Shown here: positions 1 through 10,152 of the stretch, piece by piece
Layout of the letters: every line of letters begins with the position of its first letter
Position numbering within the stretch: position 1 is the first letter of the stretch
IMG/VR virus record: IMGVR_UViG_3300042334_000305
Location: 1,175 to 65,174 of that record
From: a virus
Lineage: Duplodnaviria > Caudoviricetes
Direction: 5' to 3' (one strand)
DNA length: 64,000 bases
Made by a program: the position numbers and the translations under genes
The notes under the pieces: model-generated
What the model was told of the DNA's origin: nothing
The model's input: only the letters and a program-made list of their open reading frames with translations
Database searches by the model: none

Positions 1-294
1 AATAGGCTTTATTTGTTAGGTGTAGAGTGCATACCTGTAGTGTCTGTAGAGATAGCTGTTAAGTCTAGCTTAGATCCTAAGACGTTATGCGATATAGATG
101 AGGACATTCCATTGCCAGATGAGATGATTCAAGAACTTATTATGCAGGTTCTTCAATTAGGTAGATTTATTATGTTGATGCCTAAAGAGGTAACTAACGA
201 AGGAGAGGATGAAGGAGAGTTAAATTCTCAGATGTACGCTAATAGAGCTATCAATCCACCTCAAGTACAACAAACACAACAACAATCAGAATAA
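1..294 (+). CDS. C-terminal part (5' truncated) of a probable head-tail connector/ring protein
   Basis: Frame 1 is open from base 1 to TAA 292-294 and lies directly upstream of the ring-like gene. Function inferred from synteny. Confidence 0.5.
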   Translation, partial: NRLYLLGVECIPVVSVEIAVKSSLDPKTLCDIDEDIPLPDEMIQELIMQVLQLGRFIMLMPKEVTNEGEDEGELNSQMYANRAINPPQVQQTQQQSE

Positions 295-304
295 AAGATA
301 AGAT

Positions 305-1075
305 ATGAATGCTAACGATTATGTTGATGTAGGACACTTATTAGCTGAGATTACAGCTACTGTAAATGATACTGACTATAAAAAAGGTTTTCCTAAGGGG
401 TGGTATATCTCAAGGATTCAAGATGCTTTACAGGAGTTATCTATTGATACGTTTTGGTTGACAGCTATCTTTGATTATGAAATACCTGAGAACTGTCAAA
501 TACCTATACCTGAGAATACATTTAACCTAAGAGAGATTTATGCTTATCAAGGGGATATTTGTTTCCCTCAAAAGACTCAAGTAATCTATTGGAAAAGATT
601 ATTCGATAACAGATATAGTGGAGATGGATATACAGCAAGAGTAAAAGATGATGGAAGTAATGGAGCTGATATATTTCAACCTAATCAACGTGTATATACC
701 AGGAATATGCAGGGCTTTTATGGACCTAAGTATTACTATAATATCGAAGATGGTTTATTAATGATAAGTAAGGAGTGTAGATCTTTTCCGTATATCAGAT
801 TGAAGTTTAATATGATGGGTACATCTATTGGTGATAAGCCTATTGTGCCTAGATTCTTTGAGAGAGCTGTAGTAGATTACGTTAAAGTAAAATTCTATGA
901 TGCTATGAAGTCAAGAGATCCTAGAATGTATAGACCTCTATGGGTAGATGCTAAAGGAGATTTAGAAGATTTAACTCATGGTTCTTGGAATAAAGCTAAG
1001 AAAAGAATTAAGGCTATGGACACTTCTGCTAAAAGCTCGATGGAAGAATTTATTTCCTCAATGTATCACAAATAG
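305..1075 (+). CDS. Tail tubular/ring (connector) protein, 256 aa
   Basis: N-terminal helical segment (WYISRIQDALQEL), beta-rich core and C-terminal helix (VPRFFERAVVDYVK) resemble P22 gp4/T7 gp11-type ring proteins. Sits before the large muzzle-like gene. Confidence 0.55.
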   Translation: MNANDYVDVGHLLAEITATVNDTDYKKGFPKGWYISRIQDALQELSIDTFWLTAIFDYEIPENCQIPIPENTFNLREIYAYQGDICFPQKTQVIYWKRLFDNRYSGDGYTARVKDDGSNGADIFQPNQRVYTRNMQGFYGPKYYYNIEDGLLMISKECRSFPYIRLKFNMMGTSIGDKPIVPRFFERAVVDYVKVKFYDAMKSRDPRMYRPLWVDAKGDLEDLTHGSWNKAKKRIKAMDTSAKSSMEEFISSMYHK

Positions 1076-1076
1076 T

Positions 1077-1577
1077 TTACACTTTTATACCATATTCAAT
1101 GAGTTTTTTATTTCTTTCTTCATTTGCTTGCTCTTCACAATCAAAAGAACCTATTAATATTTTTTTCTTTCCTATATGAATATAGGATAAGAATTTATTT
1201 AATCTTGATGCCCAATATACTCCTACATATTTAGAAGTACCTTTTGAGTATCTTCCTTGTTTTATGTTATTTTGTCTAGTTGTTAGTATTTGTAAATTAT
1301 CTAATCTATTATCTGTTTTATTATCATTTATGTGATCAACAACAAGAGAATGATTATTAGGTAAATTTTCATCAATAAATGCAAGAGCTACAAGTCTATG
1401 AACTTTAATTGTTCTTCCTTTTCCGTTTAAATATATCCTAACCATTTTATATCCTTGGTTATGATTATATTGATTAATTAATCTTCTTTGATTAAATTTT
1501 ACGCTAACCACATTGCCCATGTTTGATACTTGATAATGTCCTTCGTATCCAACTACATCTTTCCAAATTTCTTTCAT
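1077..1577 (-). mobile_element. Free-standing NUMOD4-HNH homing endonuclease, 166 aa
   Basis: NUMOD4 motif (EIWKDVVGYEGHYQVSNMGNV), HNH core (VHRLVA..VVDHINDNKTDNRLDNL) and AP2-like C-terminus (SKYVGVYW). Antisense to the flanking structural genes. Confidence 0.85.
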
Positions 1578-1580
1578 AAT

Positions 1581-1674
1581 AAAAAACCCTATGAATCCAG
1601 AGTAGCAGTTCTTTCATCATAGGGATTTATATAAAATTTCTTAATTGCCACTGCTACCTGACTCAACAAAGATA
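1581..1674 (-). promoter_or_regulatory. Promoter plus attenuator-like leader of the HNH gene
   Basis: TATCTTTG at 1674-1667, then GTAGCAGT (1657-1650), then hairpin CCCTATGA/TCATAGGG plus T6 whose loop holds ACTGCTAC (1609-1602). Confidence 0.6.
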
Positions 1675-1687
1675 ACAATATAATTTG

Positions 1688-1695
1688 TATATTTG
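1688..1695 (+). promoter_or_regulatory. Bacteroidota sigma70 -7 element TATATTTG
   Basis: Matches TAnnTTTG, 20 nt before ATG 1715, back-to-back with the minus-strand promoter at 1667-1674. Confidence 0.6.
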
Positions 1696-1714
1696 TTTGT
1701 TTTTAACAATTTTT

Positions 1715-2104
1715 ATGTCAACTGCTAAGAAATCAAATCCTGGTCTTTGGAAGAGGATAGTATCAGAAGTTAAGTCTGGCACTAAAGGAGGAAACGCAGG
1801 TCAATGGTCAGCTAGGAAGGCTCAGATTGCTGTGGCAAGATATAAGAAAGCTGGTGGTGGATATAAGGGAGCTAAGTCAAGTTCAAATAGTTTATCTAAA
1901 TGGACTAAGCAGAAATGGAGAACTAAGAGTGGAAAGCCTAGTTCAGAGACAGGAGAAAGATATTTACCAGAGAAAGCAATCAAATCTTTGAGTTCTTCTG
2001 AGTATGCTTCAACAACTAGAGCAAAAAGAATGGGTAAAGCTATGGGTAAACAATTCGTAGCTCAACCTAAAAAGATAAAAGAAAAAACAGCTAAATTTAG
2101 ATAA
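1715..2104 (+). CDS. Small basic phage protein (DUF5872-like)
   Basis: Lys/Arg-rich, with SLSKWTKQKWRTKSGKPS..GERYLPEKAIKSL recalled from aquatic phages. Start moved to the ATG downstream of the promoter. Confidence 0.65.
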   Translation: MSTAKKSNPGLWKRIVSEVKSGTKGGNAGQWSARKAQIAVARYKKAGGGYKGAKSSSNSLSKWTKQKWRTKSGKPSSETGERYLPEKAIKSLSSSEYASTTRAKRMGKAMGKQFVAQPKKIKEKTAKFR

Positions 2105-2105
2105 A

Positions 2106-2405
2106 ATGGCAAGTAGAATAAATAAAGAATCAATGCCTTGTAATAAGCCAAGAAGATCACCTAATCCTAAAAAGAAAAAGGTGGTTAAGGCTTGCGAAGG
2201 AGGCAAAGAAAAGATAATTCATTTTGGAGCTACGGGATATGGTCACAATTATTCTTCTGCTGCTAGAAAATCTTTTAGAGCTAGACATAGTTGTAGTACA
2301 GCTACAAGTAAGTTAACAGCAAGACATTGGGCTTGTAAAAACTTATGGGCTGGCCCAAGTGGAGATACTCAAAGCTCACCAAAAAGTAGAAGAGGTAAAT
2401 ATTAA
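2106..2405 (+). CDS. Small basic phage protein (DUF5754-like)
   Basis: KIIHFGATGY..RKSFRARH..ARHWACKNLW motif pattern, very basic. Confidence 0.6.
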   Translation: MASRINKESMPCNKPRRSPNPKKKKVVKACEGGKEKIIHFGATGYGHNYSSAARKSFRARHSCSTATSKLTARHWACKNLWAGPSGDTQSSPKSRRGKY

Positions 2406-2408
2406 GTT

Positions 2409-2573
2409 ATGAGAGAATATAAAGGATTAGGCGATGTAGTAAAAAGAGTCGCTGAAGCTACACGAATGGATAAAGTTGCTAACTTTGTAGCTAAGAAAGT
2501 AGGAGCTAAAGATTGTGGGTGTAATGCTAGAGCAGATAAACTTAACAAGCTAGTTCCATTTAAAAAGAAATAG
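2409..2573 (+). CDS. 54-aa basic protein with CGC motif (not in ORF track)
   Basis: ATG 2409 to TAG 2571-2573: MREYKGLGDVVKRVAEATRMDKVANFVAKKVGAKDCGCNARADKLNKLVPFKKK. Fills the gap exactly. Confidence 0.7.
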   Translation: MREYKGLGDVVKRVAEATRMDKVANFVAKKVGAKDCGCNARADKLNKLVPFKKK

Positions 2574-2574
2574 C

Positions 2575-5500
2575 ATGAAACAGCAACATTATCCACATGA
2601 TATAAAGACATACCAGAAAGGAATCCAATCTGACACTAATAAAGAGATATTAGGTAGAGCAGAGAATGGAGAGCATGTTGATGCATTGAATATGCGTAGT
2701 ATGTCTATGGATGGTGATAATATGGCTAAGAAGAAGATTAAAGGAGAGGATCTTCTTTATGATGCTTTAGATAATAGATGTTTTGTTGAGTCTGGACCAT
2801 TGCCAGGAGCTAGAACTTATGAGTGTATGATGACTCAAGAGGTAAATGGTAATATCATAGAATTATGGGCTTCTACTGAACCTGAGAATTACCCTCCGTT
2901 TATTCGTATCAATGGTCAGATTGTTTTGATGAGTGATGCGTTACCATTTAACTTAAACTATCCTTTACAATACGATAAGAATGAAAGTTGTGTAGGAGGA
3001 GAGATATACATCACAGATAACAATGTATCGCCTATGGTATTATCTGTTATTGATATGATGGATAATTCTGCTATGACTGAAGGTGGAGAGTGTACTCAAA
3101 AGTACTTTGGAGATTTTGATCCTGCTAACTATTCTATACCTGTATCATCAGAGCTATATAAGCCTGCATTCGTTAAGCAAGAGAGCATTTCTACAGCTAG
3201 TGGATATGATGCTACATTTGGAACTTCAGGACTTGTTGTAGGGAGTTATTCTTACTCATATAGATTAGTGACAGCAGAAGGAGAAAGAACTCCTTTTTCA
3301 CCTATTACTGAGTTGATACCAGTAGTAAGAAGAAAAACATCTCAATTTGGTCCACAATATCCATATTCACATACTCATGGAGATTTTGCTAACATAACAT
3401 CTTCAACGAATTATGGTAATCACATACGGATTAAGTGTGAGAACTCTGATGCATTTACATTTTTAGAAGTAAGAAGAGATTGTTGGTATTCAGATAGTGC
3501 TTATGGTGTTCCTCCTGTTTCAGAGATAATAGGTAGTGTTGCTATATCTAATGGATTGAATGTATTGAATATATTTGATAAAGCTGAAGCTAACTTCCCT
3601 GGTTCTGAGATACTTGATTTAGCTGAACAAACAGATACATTTTCATCTATTAGAAGAGCTAAGTCTGTAAGATATTTCAATGAGAGATTATATTTAATGA
3701 ATATTGGATATAACTCAAAAGATATAAATGGAGAAGTTACATTTGTTGATGAGCTATCAGATCCTGCATTTCCTACTATTGAAAAAATAGGTAAGGCTGG
3801 TCATAAGCATCCTTATACTGCTGCTATGTATAAAAGCAATATGAGGGGAGATAAGACAGGGTTTGGGGTTGTTCTATTTGATAGCTTTAATAATCCTTCT
3901 TATGCTACTGAAGTGCCAGGATTTAATAATTATGAGTTTCCTAATAGAAGAGATGCGGTAACTCCATTAACTCAAGGTACATCTTATAAAGGGCTAGTTA
4001 AAGCCGCTACTACTAATGGTAGTGTAAGATTGACTCATGAGGTATTTGATCACTATGATGCTATAAGAAAAACTAATTTAGTAACAAATAATAATAGGAT
4101 AACTCTTAAAGATGACGAGACTTATAATACATTAAATCCTACAAGTCAATCTGATTCTCAAAGTAATTTTGAATATCCTCCTAATAGTCTTGTTTCATTA
4201 AGTAGCGCAACTCCTTTGTTAGAGTATTTTCCAAAAGGCTTTGGATTAGACTATTACTCTCAAGGCTTAGCTATAAAAGGATTAGATACATATCCTGATT
4301 GGGCTGATGGTTTTTCTGTTGTTCAGACTGACCCAGCATTTCAAGTAGTAGCTCAAGGGTTAGGTTTTTATAAGGTAAACGAGTTTCAACCAGGAGACAA
4401 CAACACTAAGGATGTAGATAAGTTTTGGGCTTATTTCCCTGATTTAGAACATAGATTCCCAGATATAGCTGAAGATTTATTAAATAATCCAACTTCTTAT
4501 TCTGTTCAGTTAGTATCCCCATTGGGTTATTTTAATGAGATATACGCTAGTAAAAAAGATTCAATTGATCTTGATAGGAGAGGTGTTGATATGATTACTT
4601 ATGCTAGGGTATTAAGAGATGGAATTGAGTCTTCTACTGGTTTTGCTTTTATAAATCCTGCTTATTCTAGCCTAGGTGAATCTGGTATTCCTGATACTGA
4701 TGGTAACAGCTATGTAGCTTATGGAAAGTTTATGAATATAACATTAGACTCTCCTGCTTTTCCAGGTAATGCTCAAGGAAACAAGATATTCCCTTTAGAT
4801 GTAGCTACTACAGAGGTGACAACAGCAGGAGGAGGTCGTCAAACTTATTTTCAAATAGCTATTAATACTACAGCTACTGGAGATATATATAACACTTCTA
4901 ATCCTGGTAGTAGCACTAACTCAGATGCTAATGGCCAAAGAGAATGGAGAGAACCTATGTATGTTATAAATCTATATAAGAATAGAGATATAAACTCTGG
5001 TATTACAACTGAATACAAGTACACAGGACATCATATTAAGTTTAAATCATTAGTATTAGAATCTAATGGTACAGCTAATCAGTCAGCTATATTAGTTTCA
5101 GAAAGATGGGAAGATTGTATTCCTTCTTTGAATGGTCAAGTTTACAATGATTATTCTGCATTAAAAAGGTTTGTTTATGTAGTGGATACAGATGGAGTAG
5201 AAAAAAGATGGATGAATGTCACATTTGAAACAGGTCCAAATATTGCGACAATATTAGCTGGATTAGCTACCGCTGCACCAGGCCCATATAACGATCCTGT
5301 GTTAACGGGTGGATTTGATATATTTGGAATATACACAAGCACAGAAACTGCTATTGATTTGTGTCCTCAGTTTACATTGAATTTTATTGAGAACCCTTTA
5401 TATACAGCATTTACTGTTCCTGCCTCTGGAACTAAGGTTTACGTTAAATATGACAATAGAATACCTGTTAGAGTATTTGGGGGAGATACATTTATCAATG

Positions 5501-7116
5501 AGTCTATTTGGGCTGTACTAGATAATGAGTTTAATAAAAACGGAAATCCTGTTGGTGACGAGAATGAGTTTAAGTGGAGTAATCCTTTTCCTTATAAGCA
5601 ATTTACATTTAATAATGACTATACAGGAATACCGCCTGCTAATGGTTATAGATGGTGGGAAAATACAGATCCATGGAATTATGGGTATGATGAACATCAA
5701 TTTGCAGATAGCTCAAACACTAATCCATGTACTATTAGACAATTAGTTACTATGTGGACAGCTGAGACACGATGTAATTTATCTTTCTTTTTTAATTTAG
5801 AGAATCCTGATAAAGCTGTTAGTGAGCAAGCATTTCCATTAGTTAATTATATACCTAGACCTTATAGATGGAATAGTAGTGCTGATCCAGGAGATAGGAC
5901 TGCTTGGGAATCTGCTAACAATTTATCTCCTGAGTATTTCGATGATTACGGATATGAATGGAACTGGTGGGGATGGGGAGGATTTAGATTCTTACCACAA
6001 GTGAATAAGGACTATTCTAAGAGCCAAACTACTAATTTATATACATCAGTACCAACTGTAGGATTTGAAGAGCAGACAGACTTCTGTACAAGGGTTATAT
6101 GGTCATTAAAGAGACCTATCAATGCTCAGAATACACCTTCTGTTAGAACGTTCCCTGTAGACAATTATTTTGACATAGGAGATGACACAGGAGAGATTAA
6201 GTTTGCTTGGAGTGCTTTATCTGGAGATAAGGGTAATAACCTTTATGCTTTTACAGATAGCGGTGTATGTTTAATGATGGTTGATAAGCGAGTTATCTAT
6301 GAGATTAACGCTAATGAGTTAGCTACAGCAGGATCAAGCATTGGAGGTATTCTTAATCAGTTATGGATTGATAAGAGAATAGGTATGAGTGATCAGACAT
6401 GGAGAAGTTGGGCTGAGTATTCAAATGCTATATTCTTCGTGAGTAACAAAGCTGCTTATATGTTTACTGACAATCAATTAACGGATATATCAAGAACAGG
6501 ATTCCATGAGTTATTGAGAAGGGAGTTCTTAGCTAGATTAGGGCCAGGATATGAATCTGATTTAGTAGGAGGCTACGATGTACTACATAATGAGTATATC
6601 ATGAGTGTAAATGATGGAGAAGAGTTTAACACATTAATATATGGGGTAGAGCAGCAGGCTTTACAATGTCAAAGCACTTATTTATATGACAAGTATCTAT
6701 ATAATAACAACTTGTTATATGGAATGAAAGATGCTAAGACATTCCAATTAGGTGTAGGAAATCAGATTGATGGACAAGACATGGAGTGTTATGTATCAGG
6801 TGTATCTAATGCTGATTTATATTACGATAAGGAGTTTATTAGAATAAGAGTAAATTCAAATAGTAAGCCTGAGCAGGTATATTTCTATGAATCTTATGAA
6901 GATTACATCAATGATAATTACACGAATGTTATAGATACAGTAGCTGTTCCATTGTCAATGAAAGATTACTTTGGATATGAGTGTTACATACCTAGAAAGG
7001 CTGTAGCACCATTTAATAGACTACAAGGAAGAGTTGTATTGTTTAAGATTGTAAGTAGTGCTGATGAAGAATTTTTAGTAGCTTCTACTGGTGTGCAATA
7101 CAAGAAGTTAAAATAA
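2575..7116 (+). CDS. Tail muzzle/nozzle (tail stabilisation) protein, 1513 aa
   Basis: Large beta-rich protein with N-terminal KGIQSDTN..GEHVDALNMR and a propeller-like C-terminus, between ring and ejected-protein genes as for P22 gp10/T7 gp12/crAss muzzle. Confidence 0.7.
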   Translation: MKQQHYPHDIKTYQKGIQSDTNKEILGRAENGEHVDALNMRSMSMDGDNMAKKKIKGEDLLYDALDNRCFVESGPLPGARTYECMMTQEVNGNIIELWASTEPENYPPFIRINGQIVLMSDALPFNLNYPLQYDKNESCVGGEIYITDNNVSPMVLSVIDMMDNSAMTEGGECTQKYFGDFDPANYSIPVSSELYKPAFVKQESISTASGYDATFGTSGLVVGSYSYSYRLVTAEGERTPFSPITELIPVVRRKTSQFGPQYPYSHTHGDFANITSSTNYGNHIRIKCENSDAFTFLEVRRDCWYSDSAYGVPPVSEIIGSVAISNGLNVLNIFDKAEANFPGSEILDLAEQTDTFSSIRRAKSVRYFNERLYLMNIGYNSKDINGEVTFVDELSDPAFPTIEKIGKAGHKHPYTAAMYKSNMRGDKTGFGVVLFDSFNNPSYATEVPGFNNYEFPNRRDAVTPLTQGTSYKGLVKAATTNGSVRLTHEVFDHYDAIRKTNLVTNNNRITLKDDETYNTLNPTSQSDSQSNFEYPPNSLVSLSSATPLLEYFPKGFGLDYYSQGLAIKGLDTYPDWADGFSVVQTDPAFQVVAQGLGFYKVNEFQPGDNNTKDVDKFWAYFPDLEHRFPDIAEDLLNNPTSYSVQLVSPLGYFNEIYASKKDSIDLDRRGVDMITYARVLRDGIESSTGFAFINPAYSSLGESGIPDTDGNSYVAYGKFMNITLDSPAFPGNAQGNKIFPLDVATTEVTTAGGGRQTYFQIAINTTATGDIYNTSNPGSSTNSDANGQREWREPMYVINLYKNRDINSGITTEYKYTGHHIKFKSLVLESNGTANQSAILVSERWEDCIPSLNGQVYNDYSALKRFVYVVDTDGVEKRWMNVTFETGPNIATILAGLATAAPGPYNDPVLTGGFDIFGIYTSTETAIDLCPQFTLNFIENPLYTAFTVPASGTKVYVKYDNRIPVRVFGGDTFINESIWAVLDNEFNKNGNPVGDENEFKWSNPFPYKQFTFNNDYTGIPPANGYRWWENTDPWNYGYDEHQFADSSNTNPCTIRQLVTMWTAETRCNLSFFFNLENPDKAVSEQAFPLVNYIPRPYRWNSSADPGDRTAWESANNLSPEYFDDYGYEWNWWGWGGFRFLPQVNKDYSKSQTTNLYTSVPTVGFEEQTDFCTRVIWSLKRPINAQNTPSVRTFPVDNYFDIGDDTGEIKFAWSALSGDKGNNLYAFTDSGVCLMMVDKRVIYEINANELATAGSSIGGILNQLWIDKRIGMSDQTWRSWAEYSNAIFFVSNKAAYMFTDNQLTDISRTGFHELLRREFLARLGPGYESDLVGGYDVLHNEYIMSVNDGEEFNTLIYGVEQQALQCQSTYLYDKYLYNNNLLYGMKDAKTFQLGVGNQIDGQDMECYVSGVSNADLYYDKEFIRIRVNSNSKPEQVYFYESYEDYINDNYTNVIDTVAVPLSMKDYFGYECYIPRKAVAPFNRLQGRVVLFKIVSSADEEFLVASTGVQYKKLK

Positions 7117-7120
7117 TTGT

Positions 7121-7128
7121 TAAATTTG
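7121..7128 (+). promoter_or_regulatory. -7 promoter element TAAATTTG
   Basis: Consensus match in the short intergenic gap before ATG 7143. Confidence 0.55.
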
Positions 7129-7142
7129 AAGAAAAATACGTT

Positions 7143-7790
7143 ATGGCATTAGGAGGAGTAATAGGAGGAATATTAGGTTCAGCTGTTGGTGGGCCTTTAG
7201 GAGCTTCAATAGGAACTGGTTTAGGTCAGACAGTACAAGGTGCTATTCAAAAAAAGAAAGCTCAAGGAATGTCTCCTTCCCCTGTGGATGTTGGTCGTCA
7301 AAAGCTATTGAATGATTTATATCGCATGCAGCAAGCTAGAAAAACTGGCACTGCTTATAATCCTCAGATAGCAGCTGGAAAGCAAATGGCTAAGTCATTA
7401 TCTAAAAATGCTTTTGCTGCTGGAGGTCCTGTTAATCAAGGTATGTATAGCAATTTGATGAGTCAGACAATGAATAATATCACTCAACAATCTGCTCAAG
7501 ATGTTCTTCAAGGATATGGATTAATAGATAAATCAGTAGAACAAGCTGAAAAGAGAAAGTTTGATGTAACATCTTTAGAACAAACAAAAAAGGAATCTGA
7601 TGCTGCTGAAAATGAAAAAGCAGGATTTCAAAACTTAGCTGCTGGTTTAATGCCTAAAGGAGAATATACTTATAACGAACCAGGAGAAAAAATACAAGAT
7701 ATACTTAATCCTGGTAAGAAGAAAAAGAAAAATGCTACTGATGAGATAATAGAAACTGAAGAAGAAGAAGAAACTGAAGGAAAAGGTTAA
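7143..7790 (+). CDS. Probable ejected (pilot) protein, 215 aa
   Basis: Gly/Ala-rich hydrophobic N-terminus (MALGGVIGGILGSAVGGPLGASIGTGLG) followed by Q-rich helices, typical of podovirus internal proteins. Directly after the muzzle gene. Confidence 0.6.
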   Translation: MALGGVIGGILGSAVGGPLGASIGTGLGQTVQGAIQKKKAQGMSPSPVDVGRQKLLNDLYRMQQARKTGTAYNPQIAAGKQMAKSLSKNAFAAGGPVNQGMYSNLMSQTMNNITQQSAQDVLQGYGLIDKSVEQAEKRKFDVTSLEQTKKESDAAENEKAGFQNLAAGLMPKGEYTYNEPGEKIQDILNPGKKKKKNATDEIIETEEEEETEGKG

Positions 7791-7794
7791 TAAC

Positions 7795-10119
7795 ATGGCT
7801 AAAGATAATAAAGAAAATCCAGACGAAGGAACTCCAAGAAGTAAGAAAGATATTCGGAGAGAAAGGAGACAGATGAAGGCTGTGAATGCTTCAAGGCCTA
7901 AATATTCATATACACCAGAAGGCAAGAGAGTAAAAAGCACTCCTTTGTATTCTAAGCAAGAAATAAAAGATGTTGAAAAACCTTTTAAGGCTGAGCCTGG
8001 AAAAGCATTAAGTGGAACTATTGGAGGTGTTACTTATAACGATCCTAATAAACCTACTGTTAGTGAGACTACTTATGAATATCAAAGATCTGGTGGTGGA
8101 AAAGAAAAAAGTATAGGTCCTACTACTATTACAAAAGAACAAGCTACTGCATTAAATTCAGAAGATGTTAATGCTGGAGCTAAGGTTAGAGAAGTTCTAG
8201 AGAGTGCTGTTACTCCTAATAGTACTGAAACAACTCAAAACACATTACAAACTACTTTAGAGAAAAAACCTGATTTAACACTTAATGAATTAGAGAAAGG
8301 AACTCAATTAAATATTGAAGTTGGTAATGAAGTTAATAATACAGAAAAAGCTATAACTAAAGAAGAGGTTGAAAATAAAACAAAACTTCAAGAAATAGTT
8401 GAAGGGCCTCAACAATACAATTGGACTGATACTTATGTTACTACTGGTTTTGAGCCAGAGTCTCCTGAAGATATAAATGCTAGGGCAGCAAATGCAGCTA
8501 GACAAAAAGCACCTCAATTAGTAATTGAGAAGTTAGGTATTCAAGATTATTATCCAGAGATAGGTAGAGATATTGCTGTAGGTAATTTCTCAGGTAGTTA
8601 CGCTGGCTCTAGGACTATTTATTCTGGAGCTGGAGGATTATTACCTTTAGGTCTTTATGATGCTAGAAAACGAGCTATTGCAACTGAGATAAAGAGAAAA
8701 GAAGCATTGATGGATCAGTTGAAAGATATGCCAGATATTGCTAAACAATACAAGCCTGCTTTTGCTCAAGACTTCTATGAAGGGTTACAAGATTATGTAA
8801 GTGCATATAAAGACAATCCTGATGGGTTAGCTTCTGATCCTGGATTTTTAAAATGGATGGCTAATAAAAAATCTGTAGCTGAGAACTTTACTAAAACAGA
8901 TGCTTATTTAAAAGACTTAGAGAGTAAATTGGTAGATCCTAAGACAGGAGAGCCTGCTGCATGGGTTCCAACTGGTATGTTGAAGATAATCAATAATGTT
9001 AAGACTGGAATGGTTCCAGGTAAGATAGATGATTATTTCTCAGGAAAGAAAAATATAGCTAAAGTTCTTGATACTGTTAGGGCTTTACCTGATGCTTTAA
9101 ATCAAGCTGATGACATAATAAAGACATTGATTGAAAAAGGAGGAGTAGAAACTGCTATAAACTTAAAGACAGGAAAAGATTTTACAGAAAATGATATAAA
9201 AGAATTAAATAGTTTAGTACAGCAAATAAATAGTCCTAGTCCTGATTACGAAATGTTCTCTGAATTAAAAAGAAAGTTCTTTGAATTTGAATATGATAAA
9301 ATGGCAGAAGAATGGGTGAAGATGCACATGCAAGATCAACCTAAGAGTGTTCAAGATGAGGTTCAAAAAAGTATGGCTAGTTATATTGAATCTCAAATGC
9401 CTCAAGATGCTATTATAAGCACCATTACTAGCAGAGCTAATGATGCAGCTGAAAGATTAAATGCTCAATTAGATTACCAGTCTAAGATGGCTGATATAAA
9501 TGCTCAAAATTGGAGATTTGAAAAAGAATACGAAAAACATAATAGTGCTACTTATGGTCAGATTCAAGCTATGGAAGAATCTGGCATAAAAGAAACTTCA
9601 TTAGGTATTGCTAATCCTGTCGTAGGAGCTAAATCAACCATGGATAAAGAATATGAAGTTTGGATGGTTGATACTAAAGGGAAATGGAGGCAAGATTTTG
9701 TTCCTGCTAAAGAAATAATGGATGCTAATGAAAGGGCTAGAGAAAAGGGAAAAAGTGGAATGTATTTTAGCGATAAAGGAAAATCTGCTTTCATTGTTCC
9801 TGATTCTGGTTATTTTGGCGTTACTCAAAATAACATGAAAAAAGAAGGTAATAATTATAATGGTCAGCAATATGGAGTAATGTTTAATAAAGTATTTAAT
9901 CAAAATACTCAAGAAGATGAATATGTACCTAATAAAGTAAGATTTAGAACTTCTAAAACAACTATTGTACAAAATGGCGTAAGAAATAAAGCAGCTGAAC
10001 AAACTTATAATGTTTCTGCTGGCCAAAATCCTGCATGGCAAATGGCTGACACTGAAGGAAGAGGAGGAACAACTACTCAAAAAGAAGTTAAAGGTTCATT
10101 TATTAAAACAAACAATTAA
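7795..10119 (+). CDS. Probable internal virion/ejected protein, 774 aa
   Basis: Low-complexity N-terminus and helical charged core, within the cargo-gene block. Confidence 0.5.
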   Translation: MAKDNKENPDEGTPRSKKDIRRERRQMKAVNASRPKYSYTPEGKRVKSTPLYSKQEIKDVEKPFKAEPGKALSGTIGGVTYNDPNKPTVSETTYEYQRSGGGKEKSIGPTTITKEQATALNSEDVNAGAKVREVLESAVTPNSTETTQNTLQTTLEKKPDLTLNELEKGTQLNIEVGNEVNNTEKAITKEEVENKTKLQEIVEGPQQYNWTDTYVTTGFEPESPEDINARAANAARQKAPQLVIEKLGIQDYYPEIGRDIAVGNFSGSYAGSRTIYSGAGGLLPLGLYDARKRAIATEIKRKEALMDQLKDMPDIAKQYKPAFAQDFYEGLQDYVSAYKDNPDGLASDPGFLKWMANKKSVAENFTKTDAYLKDLESKLVDPKTGEPAAWVPTGMLKIINNVKTGMVPGKIDDYFSGKKNIAKVLDTVRALPDALNQADDIIKTLIEKGGVETAINLKTGKDFTENDIKELNSLVQQINSPSPDYEMFSELKRKFFEFEYDKMAEEWVKMHMQDQPKSVQDEVQKSMASYIESQMPQDAIISTITSRANDAAERLNAQLDYQSKMADINAQNWRFEKEYEKHNSATYGQIQAMEESGIKETSLGIANPVVGAKSTMDKEYEVWMVDTKGKWRQDFVPAKEIMDANERAREKGKSGMYFSDKGKSAFIVPDSGYFGVTQNNMKKEGNNYNGQQYGVMFNKVFNQNTQEDEYVPNKVRFRTSKTTIVQNGVRNKAAEQTYNVSAGQNPAWQMADTEGRGGTTTQKEVKGSFIKTNN

Positions 10120-10126
10120 TAATAAT

Positions 10127-10134
10127 TACTTTTG
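10127..10134 (+). promoter_or_regulatory. -7 promoter element TACTTTTG
   Basis: Consensus match before ATG 10153. Confidence 0.5.
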
Positions 10135-10152
10135 TAATTATAAAGAATATTT

